Positions 12,979-22,864 of a stretch of 64,000 nt of DNA are shown one piece after another. Made by a program: the position numbers and the translations under genes. The first letter of the stretch is position 1; every line of letters begins with the position of its first letter. The DNA comes from Hydrolagus colliei (lineage: Eukaryota), in the NCBI GenBank assembly GCA_035084275.1, contig CM068769.1, forward strand, positions 1,488,001 to 1,552,000, written 5' to 3'. The notes beneath the pieces were generated by a model. It made no database searches. It saw only the letters and a list, made by a program, of their open reading frames with translations, and was not told the DNA's origin.

Positions 12979-13271
12979 GTGCAGACTGACTGCACAGTGA
13001 TACATAGCGGAGTCTGGCTGCTGCAGGCTGGCGATGGATAAATAGCTGATTTTCTTGGCAGTGTCAAGAGAAGCAGAAATATGATCTCCAGTGGGGTTTC
13101 CTCCCTCTCCTGTAGTGTTTCTGTGGAGAAGGTATTTCGGTGCCTCACCAAGGGACTGACGGTACCAGGAGACAATGAACTTCTGTCCGCAGAATCCTGA
13201 GTATTGGCATTGTAAATCCACTCTCTCTCCAGCAATAGACTTTGTTTCAGGCGGTGACTGGTGTATCGATC
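12979..13271 (-). CDS. STCRDV: Leaderless supporting TCR-delta V segment of a NAR-TCR cassette
   Basis: Phase-1 acceptor ccacgtag|GA; open frame GSIHQSPPETKSIAGERVDLQCQYSGFCGQKFIVSWYRQ...DSAMYHCAVSLH with Cys23, Trp41, Cys104 and an extra CDR1 Cys (CQYSGFC). No leader exon found between it and the upstream J. Confidence 0.88.
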
Positions 13272-14671
13272 CTACGTGGAGGGAATCACAGGATAGTGAG
13301 CATTTCAATGGCATAGCGTTGTACAGCAATTAAGGAGGACATTAGGACAATTGTTTATTTGCCAGCTGTTTGGGGCAATTGTCCAACTCATCCCATTTCC
13401 ATTGTTGCCCCACATTCTTGACACATTTTGCTTCTGCATTACTCCACCGGTCCATTTCCACTTTAAAATGGATAGTTTAACAGGCTTATACAAGAATATC
13501 AGGCAGCGGATTGCAGATTATCATAACTTTGAAATTTATAACAAATTCTCTTTTTCTCCCGTTTGCTTCTTTTTTAAAAAAAACTTTAAAACACATGTCC
13601 TTTGATTACTGACCCACTGGCCAATGGAAACAGTTTCTATGCTCCCCTTTTATCAGATACTATTTTAACATTCATTGCACTCATGAAAAGTTGATCTCTT
13701 TGTATGTGTCAATTGCTTCTTTGCTGTAACCATTCTATTAAATCGTCTTTCAATAATAACTTTAATATCCTTCTTATCCTGTCAATAAAAGACACTTTAG
13801 ATACACTTTTCACCTAAACCATACAGTTACTCTAATAACAATACTTGCATTTGTTTTTGCGCTTTTCATGTCCTCTAGCAGCCTCAAAAACCTTCAAAGA
13901 ATATACTGTAAAGTGAATTGACTATATGTGAGTGGACGAAGCGCGGCACCCGAACAATAATAACACTATTATTACTGTTTTAATATAGGCGATTTTCCCA
14001 ATTTATCGACGTCACAAAGCGCTTCACAGAATATACTGTAAATTGGAATGATTCTATATTTGTGGGACAAACGCGGCAGCGAATTGCGCACAGCAGTGTT
14101 CCTCACAAACAGTCGTGGATTGGATTGACCAATGTAGATTATTGTGGGAATTTTTCACGGATTATTATTAGAAGTGTGGAGAAAGGTAACTTGCCCAAGG
14201 TTTCGCCCTATTCTTCCTGGATTCGAACACGGGTCTCACGCTTGTAAGTGATTGCGATATCCACTGAGCTATAATCCACAATGAAATAGTTTAACTGATT
14301 CTATACGGGTTTGCTGTTGTAGATTACCCCCACTGAAGACCTGGTTGTCTTTGATCATGGGAATGTTTAGCAGAGAATCAGATGTCGGTGTACACAGTTA
14401 ACTCCGTTGAATTAAAGTTGAGTAAAATGGAATTCCCCTCTGTAAATGTCGTGACATTAACATCGCTGCTGGAGGAGGTGAATTAAGTCTCTGGCTTGTT
14501 TCCAAAATCAGTTTTGTCTCAGTCTGTTAGCCTCTAAATGCAGTTTCATTTTTGCCAGAAGAAAACTGCTTTCCATAAAAAGTGTTAAATAATTGCTTAA
14601 ATATGTTTGTTTCTTTGTTTGTGCATTTGTTTATTTATTTGTTTCCTTCTTTGATTCTTTCCTTGTTTCTA

Positions 14672-14904
14672 TCCTTGTGTCTTTCTTTGTGTCTTTCCTT
14701 GTGTCTTTACTCGTGTCTTTCCTCGTGTCTTTCCTCGTGTCTTTCCTCGTGTCTTTCCTCGTGCCTTTCCTCGTGCCTTTCCTCGTGCCTTTCCTCGTGC
14801 CTTTCCTCGTGTCTTTCCTCGTTTCTTTCCTCGTTTCTTTCCTTGTTCGTTTCCTCGTTTCTTTCCTCGTGCCTTTCCTCGTGTCTTTCCTCGTTTCTTT
14901 CCTT
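14672..14904. repeat. 12-bp tandem repeat (TTTCCTCGTGTC-like) abutting an assembly gap
   Basis: About 19 imperfect copies directly before the N run. Confidence 0.9.
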
Positions 14905-15147
14905 NNNNNNNNNNNNNNNNNNNNNNNNNNNNNNNNNNNNNNNNNNNNNNNNNNNNNNNNNNNNNNNNNNNNNNNNNNNNNNNNNNNNNNNNNNNNNNNN
15001 NNNNNNNNNNNNNNNNNNNNNNNNNNNNNNNNNNNNNNNNNNNNNNNNNNNNNNNNNNNNNNNNNNNNNNNNNNNNNNNNNNNNNNNNNNNNNNNNNNNN
15101 NNNNNNNNNNNNNNNNNNNNNNNNNNNNNNNNNNNNNNNNNNNNNNN
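14905..15147. other. Assembly gap (243 N)
   Basis: Run of N in the sequence. Confidence 1.
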
Positions 15148-15809
15148 TCCAATCTATCTCTCCCGCTTTCCCCCTCATCTCTCTCTAATTTACCTGAGAT
15201 GCTTCCTACACGTGTATTTGCTTACATATTGGCAACATACCGTGTTTTCGTGTTAATGAATAGTTAGTTGCTTGTTTCTGTAGAATATGATATAGTTCAG
15301 TTGGAACACTCAACTTCCATACAGAGGGGAAATTGGTGAACATTTCACGTTATCGCTTGAGACAATCCTTGGTTTGAATAGAACAATTTAAAGCATGTTT
15401 CATATTGGAGACATTTCATTGAGAGTTGACTTCTCGATGGAATCGCGGCAGAGAGTGTCTATAATATGCCACTGGAACTCACATATCCTGCGTCTATCAT
15501 TTGTCTGAATTTACAGTTAAATTATGTATTTAGGCATGTTCCTTTGTAAACCATCTCCAGAAAAAGTGCAATGGCATAAAACCAAAAATGGAGTAGATGC
15601 AGTTAATCAGAGGAAAAAGCCTATTAGCGGAAGCTGTCTAGTCTTTTAAAATCACAAGCATATCTTTTATTTTTCAAACGGCGGTCAAGGGGAATGTTGG
15701 CATGACACATTTGAACATAACTAGGCAATTTGTTAAAATAAGCAGTGCATTTTAGAAATTCAAGTAACTCATGTTTCGTTTTATTTCAGTAGAATTTATT
15801 ATCACTTAG

Positions 15810-15865
15810 TTTTTGTTACTGTGACATTGGTTCCTGATCCATCTAAGGTATATTCCTCCCAAGGA
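15810..15865 (-). CDS. NAR-TCR J segment (IgNAR-like), non-canonical splice donor
   Basis: Reads PWEEYTLDGSGTNVTVTK+A (DGSGT resembles IgNAR-type DG.GT). Phase-1 end followed by CTAAGT rather than GTAAGT. 5' RSS: heptamer CACAGTA (15866-72 on +), 23-nt spacer, GCAAAATAT (15896-15904). Confidence 0.8.
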
Positions 15866-16219
15866 CACAGTAACCCAGCGCTCGTAATACAAGGCGCAAA
15901 ATATATTCTACCTGATTATGATTGAATACTGCCACGAAGTAAATGTAAATGATAACAAGTTAGTTGTTAGTTTCTACATTTCTACCACTTTTTCATCACA
16001 ATACATGCATCGTGTCCAAATTTGGTTTGATTTCAATGTAATTTCCACCCATCATGAACAAATTGCCTCGCCCAGAAAACATATAACAGTAAATAATTCT
16101 AGAGTTGTCTGCTTCAAATGGCTAATCCAGAAAGCAAACTTCTGACAATTACAGCGCAATAAAACATGGCACAGCAATTAGTGTTGATCTGCAATGTAAT
16201 TCCATGTAAACAGCCGCAC

Positions 16220-16292
16220 GGTATTTGTGCTCATGGATTCCAATGTGGCTTTCCAAAAAGCCAGCACAGTATTTGTTGTCAACACAAATATA
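16220..16292 (-). other. NAR-TCR D segment (16248-16264) flanked by two 12-bp-spacer RSS
   Basis: D = CTGGCTTTTTGGAAAGC (17 nt). 5' RSS: CACAGTA (16265-71 on +), 12 nt, ACAAATATA (16284-92). 3' RSS on minus: CACATTG (16247-41), 12 nt, ACAAATACC (16228-20). Confidence 0.88.
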
Positions 16293-16617
16293 GTATTTTG
16301 CAAAAACAGTGTAACACTATCTGGTCAAGTACAATTTATCAATAAATAATATCACGTGTACAAATATTTTGAAGATATTCCTATTCAGATTTGATATGTC
16401 GTCTATTCGATATACATAAACTGCGATATATGCCAATTGCACTCACATTCAACGTCTTTTAACACTACCTACATTTTCCTAAGTGTTCACCAATAATGCT
16501 TGTTAATCGAAGAGAGTGTTATGAAACACAATTCACATCTCAACACACTGGAAAATGTGCATAGAATTCATTGACAAAGTCACATTGACTGTGTGTTGTC
16601 TTTGAATTGACGAAGAA

Positions 16618-16655
16618 GCTTTTTGTATTGTTGGAAGCCTGGATGCAGCATTGTG
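16618..16655 (-). other. RSS of NAR-TCR V (22-nt spacer, 23-type)
   Basis: CACAATG (16655-49), 22 nt, ACAAAAAGC (16626-18). Confidence 0.85.
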
Positions 16656-17351
16656 TTGTACCACAGATATTGAGATACACATCTGTAGGTAGCGCTGTCT
16701 GCTACTTGCAAATCATTAATTTCCAGCGTGGATGTCTTTGTTCCCACTTTGATAACATCAAACCGTCTTTCGCGAGGGATGGACATCCAATCTCCACCAT
16801 TTGGAAACTGCCTTTGAAATGCCAATCTAATGGATCTGTAGTTCCCACGATTCCCTTCTGCAAACACGCAGTTGATGGTCAAAGAATCACATCCTTCTTT
16901 GGTAACAGAAGTTGGTGTCTGTGTTAGGGTCTGACTGAAAACATCTGAAACATACACAACATGACGTCAGGTTAATACAGGCACAACTTTGACCTGTACC
17001 ATTAGCAGCAAATCCTGATGCTTGGCATGAGTTGAATTGATTTCAATTAATACAATAATAATATAATTATAATATCATGTTTAATTAATAAAATACAAGC
17101 AGAACAGTTTAATCGATAGCAATCGGCTGCTACTTTTCGCCCGCAAAATAAAAAAAAGTACGGTCACTTCGACATACAATATACACTGTGAAGCGCTTTA
17201 AGACGTTTCATCGATGTGACAAGCCTCTGTATCAAAGCAAGCAATAATGTAAATTATTGTAAGGCACAGGGTGTTCACTCGTGCCGTGTAATTGGAACAA
17301 AAACTCACGTTGTAAGAAGTGGAAGGCGATGGAGACAGAGATGAGATGCAT
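16656..17351 (-). CDS. NTCRV: NAR-TCR V gene (IgNAR-like V domain): leader exon 17309-17351, V exon 16656-16944
   Basis: Leader MHLISVSIAFHFLQ+C|GTGAGT. V exon after tttcag|: VFSQTLTQTPTSVTKEGCDSLTINCVF...TSTLEINDLQVADSATYRCVSQYLWY. Matches the VNAR pattern (QTP..TKE.GESLTINCV...L.INDL.V.DS.TYRC). FR2-CDR2 is short (45 residues between the position-41 residue and Cys104 vs 59 in the V at 22865). Extra FR1 Cys. Confidence 0.88.
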
Positions 17352-17400
17352 TCTTTCCTCGCTGGACAACTGAATGACTGTGTGCAACAGGGGGATGTTC

Positions 17401-17476
17401 TGCGTCAGCTTTAGAGACTAAATTATACTTGTACAGACTCTTTCCCGTCAGGAGAATCACATTAGCGTGTGACGTG
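17401..17476 (-). promoter_or_regulatory. CRE-like motifs upstream of the NAR-TCR V leader
   Basis: TGACGCA (minus, 17401-07) and TGACGT (17470-75), about 50 and 120 nt upstream of the ATG. No ATGCAAAT octamer seen. Motif-level evidence only. Confidence 0.35.
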
Positions 17477-17719
17477 ATGGCCGGTGATAGCGGAATTGGG
17501 GTTGGAGGAGGGCGGGGCGATAAACGATTTAAGGAAAGGGAGTGACAAACTGTGCAAGTGAGCAGGGGGCAGAAGGGGATGATTTGGGTGTGACTGTTGA
17601 ACAAAATGGGCAATTGGCGAGGGCAGTGATAGGAAAGAAAGTGAAGAGACTTCCAGAGGGCAAACGGCAGCGTAGTGTAGAGAGGGCCTCTGTTGTGAGT
17701 GGGTAAAGACAAATTAGCA

Positions 17720-18400
17720 ACGACAGCAACAAAATTAGACTGATCGAGCGCTCTTCACCTCGGTAAGAGGTCACAATGCGCTGTACATCGAGGTCGGGAC
17801 CAGCGAATTAGGGCAAAGTATCAGTGTTCTTGTTAGCGGAAGAAGAGTAGGAATGAGGGGGAGTGAGGAGGGGGAGTTGGAGAGAGTTGAGACGGGAGAG
17901 AGAGAGTCATGTGGCTTATGAGACAGTTGAAAGAATTGGTAGAGATTTGGGAAGTGAGGGAGAGAATTGGCAGCGGAGGGAGAGAGTATGCAGGAGGAGA
18001 GATTTGGAAATGAGGGAGAGAATTGAGACGATGAGAGAGTTGGAGGGAGGAGAAGAAAGTTGGGAGCGGAAGAAGAGTGTTGAGCGGGATGGGAGAGAGT
18101 TGTGAGTGGGAGGGAAAGAATTGGGAGGGCAGAGAGCAGGGATGGGAGGGAGTTGGTAGGTGAGGTAGAGAATTGTAGAGCAGGGAGAGAGTACGGCATG
18201 GAGGCAGAGAGTTGGGAGGGGAGAGTAAGATATTTAGGAGGGGAGGGGGATTGTTTGCAGGGTAGCGCGAAAGAGTTGAGAGGGCAGATGATGTGTGAGG
18301 AGGTGCAACTAGAAACTAGGGTAAAGGCATTGTGTGTGCGTACAGTGGCTGGAGTCGTATGTGGGAGAGAGAGTAATGGAGGGCTGCAGTGTGACACAGC
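17720..18400 (-). mobile_element. Highly degenerate LINE-like (probably L2) purine-rich fragment
   Basis: Strong G/A bias on + like the L2 endonuclease region; no intact ORF. Similar tracts at ~19880-20150 and ~25400-25990 (opposite strand). Confidence 0.35.
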
Positions 18401-19784
18401 GAAAGAAGATTTGACAGCTAATGGATGAATTGAAACGTTTCAAAACTTCCCAGCTGCTGTACCAAGTTAGAGCGTTTGTAGCATAAATATTTATATTAAA
18501 TCTCGGCCAGTCCATCTCTCTGCCTAAGTCTCTGCCTTTCAAATGGAAGGCAGTTGTGGCGAAAATTATTAACTGATTTACCTAGCTGCAATTAGGAAAC
18601 CGCTTATTCGTCGTTTGTCCAGTGGCTTTGGACGGAAAAACGCGTCTTCAAATTAATATTAATAATTGTGTGATCGCTGATTCCACGATTGAGTGCTGGA
18701 CTTCGATGTTCATAATAGACTGCAAATTTTGTCCACGAAACACACAACAGCGACTTATATTTATTTAGCGCCCTTCAAGCCGGATGGAGTCTCAGAGCGC
18801 TTCAGAATAAAGGTATAAGTCAAGGACAGCGGGAGAAAGGTGACCGAATGTGACACATTCAATACTCCTGTAACCTGTCAAGCGCTTGGAGCCCTCTCGA
18901 TCAAGTAATCAGCTGGTATATAAAATGTCAGTATTAGGGCTATCATGTTGTTTATCCAAACAGAGTGTAATCCACTTTCCAACTGGCATTTGTAATAAGT
19001 ATGGAGATGGTTGAGGGCATGTGAGCAGGAGACGATCCCTTATGGACATAGACGTTTCACGTCATTTTTGGTTTCATGATGAAGAGTGAGGAGAATGCAG
19101 TTTGTGTGTGAAAGTGGTGATATTATCGATCATTCTGGAGACAATTTATTGATGATACTCATAATAATCATTGGATGTCATGTTGTGATTTATCACGTAC
19201 TCGAGATGCCTCCAAGCGCTTCACAGAATGTGCGGTACAACGGAGTGACTTTGTGTTTTGGGGGTGAAACATTACGCAATGATGGACTGCAGCATCTCAC
19301 GGACAGCAGTATTTGGAATGATCAAGTTCTTGGATAATATATATTGATTGCATTTTTTGTAGCAAATTATTATTTCATTTATTTTCATTGAAATATTTAT
19401 TTATTTTTGTTAAATTCTTACTTAATTATTCAGAATTGTTGTTGTATTTTGGTTCACATACACTTATTATTTATTATTTCATGTATTTTTGTCACGTCTG
19501 TCTGTAATTATATTTGTAGTTATGAAACAACGACTTTGTTTCTGTGTTTATTCGTCTGATTCGTTTGTTCGCTTGTTTACTTTCCAAGGATAATTTCCAG
19601 TGGAACAAGACTCGCCAATCGACAAACACCAGGTTCCTATTTACTGTTTAGTAAAGAAAGGCACATGTCATAAAGAAACTTTCTCTAGGTTTCGTGTAGA
19701 CTGTGAATCAAAAGCAGGACCTCTCGCTTGTGAGATAGGACCTCTCGCCATCAAATTAGAGCACTCCACATTATTTGTTAGATG

Positions 19785-19800
19785 GCGGCATCTAGTGGTG
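19785..19800 (-). promoter_or_regulatory. Candidate CTCF site
   Basis: Minus strand CACCACTAGATGCCGC, one mismatch to the CCACTAGATGGCGC-type consensus. Confidence 0.3.
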
Positions 19801-20931
19801 GTTCAGGAGAATGACAGGCGAATGGTTTGAGTTGATTTAGGAAACATGCAAGTTGGTTTTCAGTTAACCGAGTAACCATTGAATGCGGGATAAGTCGTAC
19901 AACATTAATATTAATATTCCGCTCACACCAACACTCTCCTCCACAACCACACCTTCCATACTGACTGATTCGCCGGAGCAACTATCCGCCTCCCACACCC
20001 TCGCATCCCGTGTCTCTCCCACGAATCCACCCAATCCCACAAAGCTCTCCTCTCTCCATAGCTCTCGCCTCTCCACATAACTGCCACACTTCTAAAAGCG
20101 CAACCCCACCCACACTCCCCCCAACCACCCCACCCCCTCTACACACTCCTCAATCTCGCAGAGAGGTTCAAACAATGAATCTGTTGCACCATTGAAGACT
20201 CAAATTTGCTCTCCGCCGAAAGGACGGAAAATAAACTCAAGTTGTTTTATTTGTTCTTGTCGTTAAAGACGCAATATATCACAACCTATTTTGCTGTGAA
20301 GTAACTCAACTGTGTATACATTGGGGAGCGTGACAGCCAGATAGCACTGTTCAAGTGCGGATGGGTTCCAGATACCCTTGTGAATGGAACCAACCACTAG
20401 AACACAGTACACTTCTTGCAGCTTCCTTCACTATGTAAAGTAGTCCAGGGGCGCTGGGCCATGAGGGATTTTGTATTCCAGACAAAAGTTGGCTTCTCAG
20501 TTGGGGTGGAGTGCTGGGGTAGTGCCGATGGAATGGTGACTAACTCCACGGTCAAGGAGGAGAATTATAACATGATAATCTCATTTTTCTGGAAAATTTC
20601 ACATCGGGCAGAGTTCCCAGTTTACTGGACAGTTAGTGTTTCGAACCACAGTTTGGGCTCGGAATCGGGAAGGTTGAATGGCAGTGGGAGTTGGAGGTTG
20701 ACGAGAAGCACATTCGATATAGAGTGACTCAGATGGGTCTTGAGGGAAGTGGAAGAGAGAGAGGTCGAGACAAACGGAGAGCAATATAGAGCTCCATGGA
20801 GTGGGGTCGGAGAATCAGCCGACCATCAATGATTTGTTTGGTTTATTGGATCATTTAATCGATTCCCCGCGAATCCTCCAGGCCTGACTATGATTCCGCA
20901 TCCTTTCCAACAAGTTGTACAAAATGAAAGC

Positions 20932-21285
20932 AGTTTCTGTTCGAGCCCTGCAGTGTAATCAACCACTGTGGTGAGACTGAAGGCACGGTGATACACTGCG
21001 CACTCAGATACTAGCAGCTCAGAGATGGAAAAACTGGTGAAAGAACTAGATTCCTGCAGCTGAGCAGCGCAACGTTTTCGAAATCCTGTTCGTTTCACCA
21101 GATCGCCATCACCAGAATATATCTCCGGACTGTAAACTCTGGGTGTTTGTCTGGGTAATGTCTGTACCAGAAGAGATAGTAATTGCTTGCAGTAGTGGTG
21201 TGGGTACACACAATATTGACAGCTTCTCCTTCTTTCGTAACCACCGTGGCAGCTTTCTGACTGACGTAATCAGCGTCACAGACTT
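20932..21285 (-). pseudogene. TCR alpha/delta V pseudogene (family C), V exon 20971-21285 with intact RSS
   Basis: ttccag|AA...DYVSQKAATVVTKEGEAVNIVCTHTTTASNYYLFWYRH. 2-nt insertion near 21117-21122 shifts the frame; Cys104->Arg (VYHRAFSL). RSS CACAGTG (20970-64), 23 nt, ACAGAAACT. Leader not located. Confidence 0.85.
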
Positions 21286-21816
21286 CTGGAATAAACCAGG
21301 AAAAGCACGGCGAAATATTATTTACCAAATTCACAGTTTATTCGTCAGCAGTGGAACAATAGTTAGCAATGCGTTTTGCACAGCGTGTTATAGCATTGTT
21401 GAGACTCATTAATGCGTTGTCCAGAATATACAATCAAGTGATAAACTGTAGATTTTGTCGCCAGAACATGTCAGCCAGTTTTGCACATCAATGCCTCACA
21501 AAGACTTGTGGTATGAGTTACTAAACTATTATTGAAACATACATAAGGCATTATTACCTTCGGAAAATATATCTGTCTGTCTGGTAAACAAAGGTTAAAA
21601 TCGATAAATAAATTTTATTTTGAATATCAAGGCAAGGGTTCAAACCGGTGATAAATCCACGTTCAAAATCCTGAATGTAGGATCTTGAATGCTCCTCACA
21701 TTTAACGACCTCCACAACCTCGCACCGACATGTGTTACGTCATATCCTTTCACAAACCTGAACTCCCGATCAATCCGCTCAGCAGGCTCTGGCCTGCTCC
21801 ACCTACTCCAACCAAG

Positions 21817-22138
21817 GGACTGTTTCCCCTGGTACGAGAATCTATAACCAGGGGTCAGTGTCTTAGAATTAAGGTTCAGCCATTTAGAACAGATTTGAGG
21901 AAACATTTCTTCACTTAGAGGTTAGTGAATTGATGGAAGGCTGTGGATGCTCAGTCCTTGAACATTTGCAAGGCTGAGACTGATAGATTTTTCAAAAATA
22001 AAGGAATTGGGAGAAATAGTGATAGGCCAGTTAATCAGAGTTAGGTGAGAAGATCAGCCATGATCTTATTGAATGACGGAACAGGCTCGATGAGCTGAAT
22101 GGCCTACTCCTGCTCCCATTTGTTATGTTCTTATGTTC
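21817..22138 (+). mobile_element. CR1 LINE 3' fragment
   Basis: GLFPLVRESITRGQCLRIKVQPFRTDLRKHFFT followed by CR1 3' UTR (GAATGGCCTACTCCTGCTCC...TTATGTTCTTATGTTC); flanked by L2 3' scraps at ~21680-21810 and ~22140-22385. Confidence 0.7.
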
Positions 22139-22864
22139 AAATCTATCCGCAATGCCGTTCACGGCCGAATCTTCAGCCACTTTGGCCCCAAAATCTGGAA
22201 ATCTGTCCTGCAGTCCTCCACGTCGCCCACGCTCCGGCCTCCTTGAAGTCTAGCCTCAAGACTCTCCACTTCGACAGCAACTGATAAGCCTCCCCTTCCA
22301 GCCCACCTCCCAGTCCTCAACATGGGTTTGAAACTGTAACTGTCCAGCGCCTTGAGACACCCTACTGACGGTAAATGAGCTATAAAAGTGCAATTTTTGT
22401 CGGGTTGCTGTTGTTTGTTGCACAGTTTCTATAATGCGGGATAGACGGCTGTTTCGTTTTGGAAGACGGTTGAGCTAGAGGTGAAGCTTTGGAGGGGTCT
22501 GCAGCACACTACTGCAAGTCTTGCTTGTTACACTATTGACTATTGGTCCAACAAAATAATAAATGGAAAGAAACATGGTATTTGCAAACTGATATGAGTG
22601 AATTGCATCTGGATGTGTAGCGCTTAACTCGTTCACTAATTGCTGTCTGCGTTTAGTGAACGTGTAATGATGTGAGGGTTTAGCTGACAAGCTGATGGGA
22701 GGGGAATGTGGTTTGCGCTGTGTCTGTCTGCTGAAGTATCTGCTCCCCGCTGGGCCTCAAAGCCAGACCAAAATTCCGCACACGCTTCAAACACACGTAT
22801 CGTCCCCTATGTATAAAATGAAGACAGTTTTTGTACGAGCTCTGCAGTGTAGTCAACCACAGTG

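Noticed and set aside
13272-13329. In-frame upstream ATGs (MLYNAMPLKCSLSCDSLHV) as an unspliced leader for the supporting V
   Set aside because: No hydrophobic signal-peptide core; the segment contains the polypyrimidine tract and AG of a normal acceptor.
14582-15267. Long ORFs across the 12-mer repeat and gap; also the MDGW repeat ORFs at 49183-49469
   Set aside because: Artefacts of stop-free simple repeats and N runs.
15810-17351. A stand-alone IgNAR antibody cluster
   Set aside because: Only one D, no constant exons after J, and a leaderless TCR V with a matching extra Cys follows, which fits NAR-TCR.
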